Shown: positions 43,119-54,410 of the stretch, piece by piece
Position numbering within the stretch: position 1 is the stretch's first letter
Layout of the letters: every line of letters begins with the position of its first letter
Source of the DNA: an uncultured candidatus Porisulfidus sp.
Lineage (GTDB): Bacteria > Pseudomonadota > Gammaproteobacteria > Poriferisulfidales > Oxydemutatoraceae
Length of the DNA stretch: 64,000 nt
Assembly: GCA_965215125.1 (NCBI GenBank)
Contig: OZ244052.1
Coordinates: forward strand, 1,024,001-1,088,000
Reading direction: 5' to 3'
Program-made: the position numbers and the translations under genes
Notes under the pieces: generated by a model
Seen by the model: only the letters and a program-made list of their open reading frames with translations
Told to the model about the DNA's origin: nothing
Databases searched by the model: none

Positions 43119-44657
43119 TTACCACGAACCGTTTGCTTTGAAGTCTTCAACCGCTTTTTTCAATACGCCTTCTATGTCTTCGTTGAAATCGCCTTGGTTC
43201 ATCTGCGTCATCAAGTCGGCATGCTCGGCGCGCATATGCGAGTGTATCGCCGCTTCGAATGCACGGGTTTTCTTAACCTCTATATCGTCCAGATAACCGC
43301 GATCGGCAACGAATAGCGAGACTGCCATCTCGGCAACCGACAACGGCGAGTATTGATTTTGCTTCATCAATTCCATCACCCGTTCGCCGCGCTCGAGCTG
43401 TTTTCTGGTCTGTTCGTCCAAGTCCGATGCAAACTGTGAGAAGGCAGCGAGTTCTCGGTATTGTGCAAGCGACAGACGCACACCGCCGCCTAGCTTTTTG
43501 ATAATCTTGGTTTGCGCAGAACCCCCGACCCTAGACACCGATAGCCCGGCGTTCATTGCCGGTCTAAAGCCGGCATTGAACAAATCGGTCTCAAGAAAGA
43601 TTTGCCCGTCGGTGATCGAAATCACATTCGTCGGCACAAATGCCGAGACATCGCCGGCTTGCGTTTCAATAATCGGTAGTGCGGTCAAAGAACCGGTCTT
43701 GCCCTTAACCGCACCTTGGGTTTTCTGTTCGACATAATCGGGGTTCACCCGTGCGGCGCGCTCCAGCAGGCGCGAGTGCAGATAAAAGACATCGCCCGGA
43801 TAGGCTTCTCGCCCCGGCGGGCGGCGTAGCAACAGGGAGATCTGACGATACGCCCACGCCTGTTTGGTGAGGTCGTCGTAAATAATCAGTGCATCTTCGC
43901 CGCGGTCGCGATAATACTCGCCCATCGCACAGCCCGAAAAAGGTGCCAAGAATTGCATCGCTGCCGGGTCCGAAGCACTGGCGGCGACGACAATCGTATG
44001 TTCCATCGCACCGTGTTCCTCGAGCTTGCGCACCACGGCGGCAATCGACGATTGCTTCTGCCCGACGGCAACATAGATACACTTCAGATCACCGCCCTTT
44101 TGGTTGATGATGGTGTCGACCGCAACCGCAGTTTTGCCGACTTGGCGGTCGCCGATAATCAATTCGCGTTGCCCGCGTCCGATCGGCACCATAGAGTCGA
44201 TGGCCTTCAGACCGGTTTGTACCGGTTGCGAAACCGACTGTCGGGTGATGACACCCGGAGCCACTTGTTCAATGGGTGCAGTCTGTTCGGTTGCAATCTC
44301 GCCCTTGCCGTCTATGGGCTGACCGAGTGCATTAACGACGCGTCCTTCCATAGCAGGACCCACCGGCACTTCCAAAATGCGACCGGTGCATGTGCATATC
44401 TGTCCTTCACTAACACCCAAATAGTCGCCCAGCACAACTGCGCCGACCGAGTCGCGCTCTAGGTTCAACGCCATTCCGAAGATCCCGCCTTCAAACTGGA
44501 TCATCTCTCCGTACATTACGTCTTGCAATCCGTGGATGCGCACGATGCCGTCGGTTACACTAACGACTACGCCTTCGTTGCGAATCTCCGGCGACGTGCT
44601 GAATTCTTCTATTTTCTCTTTGATTAAACTACTAATCTCTGTTGGGTTTAGTTGCAT
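43119..44657 (-). CDS. atpA: ATP synthase alpha subunit
   Basis: [32 protein letters not shown]. Confidence 0.98.
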   Translation of the reverse strand: MQLNPTEISSLIKEKIEEFSTSPEIRNEGVVVSVTDGIVRIHGLQDVMYGEMIQFEGGIFGMALNLERDSVGAVVLGDYLGVSEGQICTCTGRILEVPVGPAMEGRVVNALGQPIDGKGEIATEQTAPIEQVAPGVITRQSVSQPVQTGLKAIDSMVPIGRGQRELIIGDRQVGKTAVAVDTIINQKGGDLKCIYVAVGQKQSSIAAVVRKLEEHGAMEHTIVVAASASDPAAMQFLAPFSGCAMGEYYRDRGEDALIIYDDLTKQAWAYRQISLLLRRPPGREAYPGDVFYLHSRLLERAARVNPDYVEQKTQGAVKGKTGSLTALPIIETQAGDVSAFVPTNVISITDGQIFLETDLFNAGFRPAMNAGLSVSRVGGSAQTKIIKKLGGGVRLSLAQYRELAAFSQFASDLDEQTRKQLERGERVMELMKQNQYSPLSVAEMAVSLFVADRGYLDDIEVKKTRAFEAAIHSHMRAEHADLMTQMNQGDFNEDIEGVLKKAVEDFKANGSW

Positions 44658-44732
44658 TTCAAAATCCTCTGTTATTAAATATCGGTTAAACGAAGTGGTT
44701 CTCTATTCGGGGTGTGGTTTGTCCTAAAGCGA

Positions 44733-45266
44733 TTATGCGTTGAGTGTGTCGGATAGTTTTTGCAGACGGGATTTAAGCGAGCCGTCTATCGATAGACGAC
44801 CGGCGTGGATCACCGCACCTGCCAAAAGACTTTTATCCAAACTACAATTCAGCACTACTTTTGCGTTCAATCGGCGGCTCAATGTCTCGGTTAGCGATTT
44901 CTGCTGTGCCTCGTCCAACGGCATTGCCGAGACAACCTGCGCCTCGATACGCTGCTCGCTTCGCGCACGATATTCCTCGAACAACGCGGTGATGTGCGGG
45001 ATTAACATCAGCCGATGGTTCTCGGCAAGCAGTGATACGAAATTCTGCACTCGGGCATCCAAGCCGTCTATCTTTGTGATTACAAACCGAGCGACATTGT
45101 GCGCAGGGAACAATGGATTGCCGGCAATGCGCCGCACGGCATCGTCGGCAAGACACCTCTTTATTGCCGCAAGTGCCTTAGACCAAACTGCAACATTATC
45201 GTGCGCACACGCCACCTCAAAGGCAGCTTTGGCATAGGGTCGGGCAATGGTGGTCGGTTCGGACAT
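44733..45266 (-). CDS. atpH: ATP synthase delta subunit
   Basis: TIARPYAKAAF, IDGSLKSRL. Confidence 0.95.
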   Translation of the reverse strand: MSEPTTIARPYAKAAFEVACAHDNVAVWSKALAAIKRCLADDAVRRIAGNPLFPAHNVARFVITKIDGLDARVQNFVSLLAENHRLMLIPHITALFEEYRARSEQRIEAQVVSAMPLDEAQQKSLTETLSRRLNAKVVLNCSLDKSLLAGAVIHAGRLSIDGSLKSRLQKLSDTLNA

Positions 45267-45271
45267 GAGTC

Positions 45272-45751
45272 TTATTCGCTTTGCATTTTGGTTTCAATCG
45301 CTTTGAGTGCCTCGTTGTGCGCGGCTGCATCAACCTCTCTGCCGAGTACCTGTGCGGCACCCAGCAATGCAAGATGAGCGACTTCTTGGCGTAGCTGTTC
45401 GCGGGCTTCCTGGGTGCGCCGAGCGACATCGCTTTCTGCAGAACGCCTTATATTGTCGGCTTCCTCGCGCGCTTTCACTTTGGCTTCCTCTTTAATCTCG
45501 GTTGCTCGCTTCTCGGCTTGTGCGATAATCTCACCGGCACGCGTCCGGCTTTGTGCGAGTTCTTCTTCCACTGTCTCTTGTGCTTGTTGAAGGTCCTGCT
45601 TGCCTTGTTCCGCTGCCGCCAGCCCTTTGGCAATCCGCTTTCGCCTTGCCTCCAGTGCGTCTATCATCGGTTTCCACAACAGGCGGCTCACCATCCATAT
45701 CAGGATCAGGAACGCCAAAACCTGAGCCAGCAGTGTTATATTGATATTCAC
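45272..45751 (-). CDS. atpF: ATP synthase b subunit
   Basis: MNINITL, N-terminal TM, IAKGLAAAE coiled coil. Confidence 0.95.
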   Translation of the reverse strand: MNINITLLAQVLAFLILIWMVSRLLWKPMIDALEARRKRIAKGLAAAEQGKQDLQQAQETVEEELAQSRTRAGEIIAQAEKRATEIKEEAKVKAREEADNIRRSAESDVARRTQEAREQLRQEVAHLALLGAAQVLGREVDAAAHNEALKAIETKMQSE

Positions 45752-45792
45752 TTCAAAATCCTCGCGTGCAATACCCTAGGTGCGACACTCGC

Positions 45793-46071
45793 TCAGAGTG
45801 CCGCTTGTAGCGCACCGACAAATGGATTGGCAAACAAAAACCACATCGCAAATGCCAAGATAATAAACGGAAAAGATTCCATCAGTCCGGCAAAGATGAA
45901 CATATTGGTCATCAGTTGCGGACGCAATTCCGGTTGTCTGGCAATGCCTTCCAAGGTCTTTGCGCATATCAACCCCCAGCCTATCGCCGAACCTAAACCA
46001 GCAGCCGCTAGTATTACGCCGACGCCGACGGCGGTGTATGCATATATCATTGCAATCATATCAGGTGTCAT
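45793..46071 (-). CDS. atpE: ATP synthase c subunit
   Basis: EGIARQPE loop, GLMESFP carboxylate. Confidence 0.95.
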   Translation of the reverse strand: MTPDMIAMIYAYTAVGVGVILAAAGLGSAIGWGLICAKTLEGIARQPELRPQLMTNMFIFAGLMESFPFIILAFAMWFLFANPFVGALQAAL

Positions 46072-46215
46072 ATTATTTCTCCCAATTTCTCCAAGTTAAT
46101 CAATCTAATCATCCGTTAAGACGGTTGCGCTTCGGTGAGAACACAGTGCCGCTATTCGGCACACAGAGTCTCTCGAAAAAATTCTCGCTTCGCATATCCG
46201 GTACTCTATCAATGT

Positions 46216-47438
<1,223 letters not shown>

Positions 47439-47475
47439 TTTATATCTGTTTGGATTTAGACTGATTGATACTTAA

Positions 47476-47685
47476 TTAACTAGCTAATAATTTACAGACC
47501 CGAATTGCTGCGCCGACAAAACCAAGCCCTGCGAATAATAACATAAAAACAGGTCTGGTATCAAGCCAAGCATCAACCCAATACCCCAGTAAAAAGCCAC
47601 TGAGCACCATAGAACTGAGTATCGTGCCTACTCCCAATAGGATAATACGCGGGGATTTTTTAGGAACTTGTGCGGGTTCTGACAT
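47476..47685 (-). CDS. AtpZ/AtpI-family small membrane protein
   Basis: GFLLGYWVDAWLDTRP motif; start at MSEPAQ. Confidence 0.8.
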   Translation of the reverse strand: MSEPAQVPKKSPRIILLGVGTILSSMVLSGFLLGYWVDAWLDTRPVFMLLFAGLGFVGAAIRVCKLLAS

Positions 47686-47822
47686 AACACAGCTTATTTT
47701 AGCGTATGCAAGGTATATCCGATGATAATGTTGGAGGTTCTGAAAAAATTTATAAGTGAATACCCTCTTTGAATGAACCAAAATTTTGTGTAATAATATA
47801 ATTTTTAATTTTGAGGAACAAA

Positions 47823-48032
47823 ATGTCCGATATCGCTCTATATAATGTGCTAACAAAATTAGGGGCTAACCACGAGGAAGCCGAGAAAGCTGTTGCCGAT
47901 GTTGTGAGTTCAAAAGATGTAGCAACTAAAGCAGACCTAGAGAGAATGGGTAGACATATCATTATGTGGACATGTGGTTTTATAGTCGGTTATTCTTTGG
48001 TATTGATAGGATTAGCGGCGTTAATTTTGTAA
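47823..48032 (+). CDS. Small DUF1640/CCDC90-like protein with a C-terminal TM
   Basis: IALYNVLTKLG..EEA..DVATKADL; GAGG RBS; paralogue at 63676. Confidence 0.65.
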   Translation: MSDIALYNVLTKLGANHEEAEKAVADVVSSKDVATKADLERMGRHIIMWTCGFIVGYSLVLIGLAALIL

Positions 48033-48065
48033 GAAAATTTTTCGCCATTTTATTGCCGATGACGA

Positions 48066-48293
48066 GGGGTTGCTGAAAAAATACCGTCATTGCATAAACT
48101 CAACCGCTTGCACAAATCCAATCGCTTTGCACCACCCGATGATGGTTTCCATATTTGAAACCACCCAGTCAGGCTGAATAGAACCGCCGATTGAACTTGT
48201 AGGTCAATCGGCGTGACTTTGTTCAGAACCTCAACATGACTGCTAAACGCATGCATTGCAAAATGCATAGGCCACCCCGCCAAAGGAGGGGGA
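48066..48293 (+). repeat. Degenerate MITE end plus hairpin and palindrome modules
   Basis: ggggttgctgaaaaaata..tgcataaactcaaccgc resembles 32850-32892; hairpin at 48186-48212; gccaccccgccaaaggagggg. Confidence 0.7.
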
Positions 48294-48372
48294 CGATCTG
48301 CAGTTTTATATGTACGTCTGTGGGAATATAATAGGCTTTTGATCCCCCCGTATTTATTTGGTGCAATCATAG

Positions 48373-51291
48373 TTGAGGATGTCGGTAAAAATTTTAGTGA
48401 TAATGCTTTTAACGACAGGCACGCAGTCTGTCATTGCCCAACAACAAGAACCGGACGACCCGCTATATCCTCAGCAGTGGCATCTGAACAATACCGGGCA
48501 AAGCGGGGGTATTGCCGGCGAGGATATCAATGTAGAACCGGTTTGGAATACAACACTTACGAGTGGGGTAAAAGTAAGAGGACAAGGTACATATATCTCC
48601 ATAGTAGACGGAGATTTGCAGCTTGACCACCCGGATCTAAGAGAAAATGTATCCACCACCCGCACACACGATTACTATCCGAGTACTACCGATACTAGTT
48701 CTCATGCCACCAGTGTCGCCGGCATTGCCGCAGCACGCGGTTTTAACGGCATAGGTGTTCGAAGTGTGGCACCTTGGGCGAGAATGTATAGTTTGAATCT
48801 TTTAGCAGATGTACGACAAAGACCGGGCGGAGGCTCTTTTTCTTTTATAACAAACGACGACCTCGTGGATGCTATGCAGCGTAATCACATAATAACCGCA
48901 GCTTCCAATAATAGCTGGGGTCCTGAGAGTCCTTTTGCATCGGTATCAGGCTCGTGGGCGATGGCAATAAACACCGGGCTTGCAAACGGATTTTACGGCA
49001 AGGGAACCGTTTATGTATGGGCTGCCGGAAACAATCACTGTCCCGTGGTAGCGATAGATGCAATGACCAGAAGGAGAGTTTGTGGTGGAGATAACGCAAA
49101 TTACGACAATTATGCAAACTATCATGCCATTGTTACCGTTTGTGCGGTGGATCATAGAGGGGAACACAACGGTAGTTCGGAGTTCGGGGCTAATTTATGG
49201 GTTTGTGCGCCGTCAAGGAGGAGTAGTGGTGGCGCCGGGATTTTTACGACCACTATACGCGGTAATTATACGACCGGATTTAGCGGAACTTCTGCGTCGA
49301 CACCGATGGTCAGTGGTGTGGTGGCATTGATGCGGCAAGCCAATCCGAGTCTTAGTTGGCGCGATGTGAAACTCATTCTGGCTAATTCCGCAAGGCAGAA
49401 CGATCCCGGAGACAGCGACTGGGCGCAAGGTGCCATAAAACATGGTTCGTTCAACGATGGCTCCGGGGAGCGATACCATTTTAACCACAAATATGGATTC
49501 GGTGTCGTCAATGCCGACAAGGCGGTTGAAATGGCGCGCAGTTGGATTAATGTTCCCGTTAGAATGACAAGGACGGTGACAAACAACAGCCCTTTGGTTG
49601 ATAACACGATTAGTAGAAATATATCGGTGCAATCCGATATTAACTTTACGGAATATGTTGATGCTAGGATTCGATTAAGAACATCCAGATATTCCGATTT
49701 AAGTGTTAAGTTAATATCACCGTCGGGTGCGATCTCTGAACTTGCAATACCGGCTGCTTCGGATTTTATCAGCAACTTTTTTAGCAGTGCTTCGTTTAGA
49801 CCGTGGCGTTTCGGTTCTGCCAAGCATTTGGGCGAAGATCCGTCGGGCGTATGGAGATTAGAGGTTGATAATATTAGAGCAACCGAAGATATCGTATTAT
49901 TCTCGTCGGAGCTTAGAATACGCGGCTATCAAATAAAAATGGATGCCGTTCCCGTTGCAGAGTTATCAAACACAAACCTAACCGAAACCCCGCTGATTTT
50001 ATCTTTAATCGGTGCAAAGTGGAGAGAAGATTTGCAGCCTAGCGATTTTAACTTGAAAAATCTGCGGCCTAGCGATCCGCAATTCAGAAATGTGCCGGCA
50101 GGATTGCGCATTGCGAGTGTAGTCCGTACTTCCGATACGCAAGTCCGGCTAAATCTTGCCTTGACGGGAAATCTTTTAGAAAACTATCTCTTCCAAGTTG
50201 AAGCGACGACAGGCACCGTCTCAAGCCTCGGCGGTCCTCTTGCCGGCAACGACATACCAATCGTATCGAATACGCGGATAACGGTGCGCAAAGGTACAGT
50301 ATTGAACGACGGTACCGTTGATCAGAATTATCGCTTCAGTTTGGATGACATCTTTGCAAGCTCGGAAACATTGACCTACACGGTAAGCGATCTACCACCC
50401 GGTCTGAAAATAAACGGTTCCATCATCGGTGGCACGCCGAGTGCTGCCGGCGATTATCGTATTGAAGTGGTTGCGACCAGAGCAGACGGGGTTAGCCGAA
50501 CGGAGTTTTTTGATTTACAAGTCCTTCTTACTTTTCAAGTACAACTGAGAGTCTTATTGGAAGGTGCGCTTGTAACTTTTATTGATGTATGCGATCGCAC
50601 CGAACAAGTGCGAAATATCATTGTTTCTAGTACCGGAAGTAGCGGCTGTGAGGCTGTTCCTCAACATCTACTCCGCTCAGTTGCCGACATAGGCCTTAGC
50701 AATAGCGGAATTAGTTCTTTAGCGACGAATGATTTCGATGATTTTACGGGTTTGGAAACATTGAACCTAAGTGCCAACAGCTTGACCGACTTGCCGGAAG
50801 ACGTTTTCAGAGACTTAACAAGTCTGAGAACATTGAACTTGAGCAACAACGATTTGACCACGCTAACAGCGGTTATTTTCAACGGCTTGCCGAGTTTGGA
50901 AACATTGAACTTAAGTGCCAACGAATTGAACGATCTGCCGGGGGATGTTTTCAGTGGCTTAACAAACTTGATAACATTGAACTTGAGTAACAACGATCTG
51001 ACCCTCTTACCGACAACTATTTTCGGTAGCTTAACAAATTTGCGTACCTTAAACTTATCAAACAATAGGTTATCTGTAAGCCTATCAGATCCTCGGCTAT
51101 CTGCCAATAACAACGAGCTATTCAATAGAACTTTCAACAGAAAAACTTTCGGCATAGGAAGATATATAACAATGCTACACTTAAGTGGAAACGGCATTGC
51201 CTCTGCAGATTGCACCACACTTCGGGACTCATTTCCTACTTTTACTCGCGCTGGTTTTATCATTTCCTCCGCCAATTTCAGTTGTTCTTAA
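48373..51291 (+). CDS. Secreted kexin/furin-like S8 protease with P domain, Ig-like domain and C-terminal LRRs
   Basis: DPLYPQQWHL, IVDGD, HATSVAG, WAAGN, GTSASTP; LISPSG..GEDPSGVWRLEV; LPPGL..GGTP; 24-aa LxxLNLSxNxL repeats; start probably 48379. Confidence 0.88.
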   Translation: MRMSVKILVIMLLTTGTQSVIAQQQEPDDPLYPQQWHLNNTGQSGGIAGEDINVEPVWNTTLTSGVKVRGQGTYISIVDGDLQLDHPDLRENVSTTRTHDYYPSTTDTSSHATSVAGIAAARGFNGIGVRSVAPWARMYSLNLLADVRQRPGGGSFSFITNDDLVDAMQRNHIITAASNNSWGPESPFASVSGSWAMAINTGLANGFYGKGTVYVWAAGNNHCPVVAIDAMTRRRVCGGDNANYDNYANYHAIVTVCAVDHRGEHNGSSEFGANLWVCAPSRRSSGGAGIFTTTIRGNYTTGFSGTSASTPMVSGVVALMRQANPSLSWRDVKLILANSARQNDPGDSDWAQGAIKHGSFNDGSGERYHFNHKYGFGVVNADKAVEMARSWINVPVRMTRTVTNNSPLVDNTISRNISVQSDINFTEYVDARIRLRTSRYSDLSVKLISPSGAISELAIPAASDFISNFFSSASFRPWRFGSAKHLGEDPSGVWRLEVDNIRATEDIVLFSSELRIRGYQIKMDAVPVAELSNTNLTETPLILSLIGAKWREDLQPSDFNLKNLRPSDPQFRNVPAGLRIASVVRTSDTQVRLNLALTGNLLENYLFQVEATTGTVSSLGGPLAGNDIPIVSNTRITVRKGTVLNDGTVDQNYRFSLDDIFASSETLTYTVSDLPPGLKINGSIIGGTPSAAGDYRIEVVATRADGVSRTEFFDLQVLLTFQVQLRVLLEGALVTFIDVCDRTEQVRNIIVSSTGSSGCEAVPQHLLRSVADIGLSNSGISSLATNDFDDFTGLETLNLSANSLTDLPEDVFRDLTSLRTLNLSNNDLTTLTAVIFNGLPSLETLNLSANELNDLPGDVFSGLTNLITLNLSNNDLTLLPTTIFGSLTNLRTLNLSNNRLSVSLSDPRLSANNNELFNRTFNRKTFGIGRYITMLHLSGNGIASADCTTLRDSFPTFTRAGFIISSANFSCS

Positions 51292-51326
51292 ACCGCTTGT
51301 TAACCCGACATTCAAATGTCACCCGA

Positions 51327-51487
51327 CGCAATGCAACCGACATGCGTAGGGCAGACCATTCCCCTCCTGTGGAGGGGAATAGACCACCCCATGGAAAGGC
51401 TTTACATTTTGTAATATGTACTAAGATCTGCACAATGTTACGCCGACTGACCTACTGGCTCAATCGGCGGTTCTGTTGCGCCTGCCA
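51327..51487. repeat. Repeat family member interrupted by IS1380 (continues at 53297-53359)
   Basis: gtagggcagaccattcccctcctgtggaggggaat; 51383-51487 is largely the inverted counterpart of 54436-54631. Confidence 0.8.
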
Positions 51488-53296
51488 CCCTAATTTCTCA
51501 ATAGAGCATGAAAATTGCATGTGATGGATAATTTACTGCTAAATTATCAGGGCAATCGCCTGAACCCGAAACTGAATGCCACATCATTGCTCGGTGACGG
51601 GAGATAAACTCCTATTGAGAGCTAAATGAAGCATCAAAGTACTCTAATCTCTAGTATTAGGGTATGCTGGGGCATGGCATCTACTTTGATTGATGCCTTA
51701 TGAGTAATGAAGAGATAAGGTGGCTAGTTAATGTAGCAAGGGGTATCGCATATCCGGCAATAGCTTGCCGATAGTCTCATCAAGGTCTGAGAAAACTCCA
51801 CTCAATAAACTACGATGCACTTCGTGTAGTTTGAGCTTCCATTGCCGACCCTGTCGTACAATCTTCGCCGCTAAACCAAACAGGCGGACCCTGAGCGTCG
51901 GGGCTCTAGAGGAACGAAACTGTTTAGCTAAGCCGGCACGCATCAGTGCGAACACATTGTAGGCTAAAGCACACACACAAACATACAGAGCATTGGCAGC
52001 AAAATCACTACACGGCAAACGACCGGCAACAAAATCCGATTTGAGTTCTTTAATGCGGTTTTCGGAATGCTCACCGCGTTGATTATACTCATGTACAATC
52101 TGTGCATCGTCTAGCCCGTTGATGTTAGTCGCAATCACACGATAGTCATACTTGTCGGGTTGATAGCGCAGCTGTTCAGACAGTCCCGACAACTCCGGTT
52201 GGTTAGACTGTCGGGCGGCTTCGCTCTTGAGGCGGCGTTGAATGACTAGCGTAAATACGAGGTTGCTGCGATACATCTGATAAGTGCAGCGAGCCACATA
52301 GTCGTGGGGTGATAAACTGCCGTCGCTTAATCGCAATGGTCGCCAGTCTGCTTCCGACAGACCAGCAATCGCTTGCGCTATTGACGGGTACATCGGCGCA
52401 CGAATAACAAACTCTATTCCTTGAGCTACTAGATATTCAATGATTGCTTGTTGATACCCTGCCGAGTCGATACGCACCCGCTTGAGTATTACGCCACTCG
52501 GCAACTGTGCTTGGCAGGTCTTGATGAAACCGATATTATCAAAGTTCGGGGAGACATTGCCGTGGCGCAACTCAACGGCGATGACTTGACCCACTTCAGC
52601 TAGCGTGCCGACCATTAGCATGAAACCACGCTCCTTAAAACGCGTCCATTTAGCACCGACTTTCTCGGTCAAAATAGTAGTCGCATCAATATCCAAAGTC
52701 ACATGCTTTACTTTCCACAACTTCAGGGTCTTGGCAATCACCGTGCGATTGAGCTGGTGAACTAAACCGGCACCGGCTTGACCATGGCGTTTCAACCACC
52801 TCGCCAAAGTGTCTGCTCCCGGTATCTTGTTAATACCTCCCAGCTTAAGCAACACCCTTTCGGTGTGTAAATGGCAGACATCCTCAAGGCATCTCGCACC
52901 CTCGTTGAGCATCAAGATGAAGCTCGTTAGAATGTCGCCATTGCGGTAGCCACGATTGCTACCCGGTGCCGCAAACACAGTGTCTGCTTGTGGCTTAAGT
53001 TGTAGTGCTTTGAGCACTTTAATCAATGCCAACAAACCACAACGAGAGGTCAATTTCTGGTGGGTGGTAGCTAGCGTATACGATGATTGATTGTGCTGAT
53101 TTTTTTGTTTTGACATAATACCTCCGAAGTTATTAATTGGTAAATAGTAACAAAAAAATAAGGCATTGTACAGAGTTTTATGTAAAAAATTAGTAATAAT
53201 TATGTTTCACCTAATGGGTGAATTGGGAATATGCATGAGAGTGTTGCAACATAAGAGATTACGGACTTTTGCAGGTGGTCTATTGCGGAATTAGGG
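51488..53296 (-). mobile_element. IS1380-family insertion sequence
   Basis: IRs CCCTAATTTCTCAATAGA / TCTATTGCGGAATTAGGG; TSD TGCCA at 51483-87 and 53297-53301. Confidence 0.88.
51728..53116 (-). CDS. IS1380-family DDE transposase
   Basis: LTSRCGL, TLDIDAT, RIDSAGY, YNQRGEHSENRIKELK, ALAYN. Confidence 0.88.
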   Translation of the reverse strand: MSKQKNQHNQSSYTLATTHQKLTSRCGLLALIKVLKALQLKPQADTVFAAPGSNRGYRNGDILTSFILMLNEGARCLEDVCHLHTERVLLKLGGINKIPGADTLARWLKRHGQAGAGLVHQLNRTVIAKTLKLWKVKHVTLDIDATTILTEKVGAKWTRFKERGFMLMVGTLAEVGQVIAVELRHGNVSPNFDNIGFIKTCQAQLPSGVILKRVRIDSAGYQQAIIEYLVAQGIEFVIRAPMYPSIAQAIAGLSEADWRPLRLSDGSLSPHDYVARCTYQMYRSNLVFTLVIQRRLKSEAARQSNQPELSGLSEQLRYQPDKYDYRVIATNINGLDDAQIVHEYNQRGEHSENRIKELKSDFVAGRLPCSDFAANALYVCVCALAYNVFALMRAGLAKQFRSSRAPTLRVRLFGLAAKIVRQGRQWKLKLHEVHRSLLSGVFSDLDETIGKLLPDMRYPLLH

Positions 53297-53359
53297 TGCC
53301 ACCCCTCCACAGGAGGGGAATGTACCGTCCTACAGTTCGTGGATACTTTTTCAACAGCT
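53297..53359. repeat. Remainder of the repeat plus a MITE-like right end
   Basis: tgccacccctccacaggaggggaatg..cctac and atactttttcaacagc. Confidence 0.75.
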
Positions 53360-53415
53360 ACCTGTGTAGGCTGTCGGTTATAATGGGCTTTTCAGTTCAA
53401 ATAGACGGAGGAAAA

Positions 53416-54345
53416 ATGAAAGTGCTTATTTCAAAGAACGGTAACAGGGCAGTGAACGGCATCGTTGCCGTGTCGTTTTTATTATTGCTATCCACGCTAA
53501 CATCTGTCAACGCATATCAGGTGGGAGAAACTTTTCGTGATTGTGCAACCTGTCCGGAGATGGTCGTGTTGCCGGCAGGCAAGTTCACGATGGGTTCGCC
53601 CGAAGGGGAAAGAGGAAGATACGATGATGAGGGACCGCAACGTCGGGTTACTATTCGCAAACCTTTTGCGGTGGGTAAATATGAAGTGACCGTAGGGCAA
53701 TATGCAGAGTTTATCAGAGAGACGAAACACAAAACCGGGAATTGTGATTTGCCGGAGGATAAATTATCTTGGCGCGATCCGGGTTTTAAGCAAACCAATA
53801 ATCATCCGGTAGTATGTGTTAATTGGGATGATGCTTCAACCTATGCGCATTGGTTATCGGTGAGGACCGGGCATAAATACAGATTATTGACCGAAGCAGA
53901 ATGGGAATATGCGGCTCGTGCCGGAACCACGACGGCGTATTATTTCGGCAGAATGATTTTGGCAAATCAGGCTCGATATAACAGTGAAGGCACCGTAGCG
54001 GTAGGGAGTTTTCCTGCAAATGCATTCGGGCTACACGACATGCACGGCAATGTATGGGAATGGGTGGAGGATTGTTGGCACGATGATTACACCGCTGCAC
54101 CGACGGATGGTGGTGCGTGGTTTAGTGGATGCAGGAGAGGCGGCGAGAATGATTGTGCCGGGCGTAGTGGGGATAACTTGAGGCTATGCGAAGAGTTATT
54201 GATCGGAAAGGAATTACGCGTGTTGCGCGGTGGCTCTTGGTTTGATTCCCCGGGGGTTCTACGCTCTGCGTCCCGCTACTTGATCAGCGCAATTATTCGG
54301 ATCAGCGACGACGGGATTCGTGTTGCCCGCGACCTTAGCCCGTAA
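53416..54345 (+). CDS. Secreted FGE-sulfatase (C-type lectin fold) domain protein; candidate DGR target
   Basis: GGAGG RBS; FRDCATCPEMVVLP, YEVT, HPVVCVNW, LTEAEWEYAARAG, NAFGLHDMHGNVWEW, RVLRGGSW..LRSA.R..G.RVAR. Confidence 0.9.
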   Translation: MKVLISKNGNRAVNGIVAVSFLLLLSTLTSVNAYQVGETFRDCATCPEMVVLPAGKFTMGSPEGERGRYDDEGPQRRVTIRKPFAVGKYEVTVGQYAEFIRETKHKTGNCDLPEDKLSWRDPGFKQTNNHPVVCVNWDDASTYAHWLSVRTGHKYRLLTEAEWEYAARAGTTTAYYFGRMILANQARYNSEGTVAVGSFPANAFGLHDMHGNVWEWVEDCWHDDYTAAPTDGGAWFSGCRRGGENDCAGRSGDNLRLCEELLIGKELRVLRGGSWFDSPGVLRSASRYLISAIIRISDDGIRVARDLSP

Positions 54346-54410
54346 ATCCTTAAATGGGGTTGTCAACTATTTTTTGTAACTTTGCTCTCTTCAATGTCGA
54401 CAAACTTCAG

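Noticed and set aside
48050-48370. Short ORFs over repeats (also 8934, 18064, 27325, 51210, 54363, 54407) that share peptides such as PPKEGNGPP and RLTYWLNRR
   Set aside because: The similarity comes from the DNA repeat itself; frames and starts are inconsistent.
53269-53415. N-terminal extension of the FGE protein
   Set aside because: Derived from the IS1380 end and repeat DNA; a GGAGG RBS supports ATG 53416.
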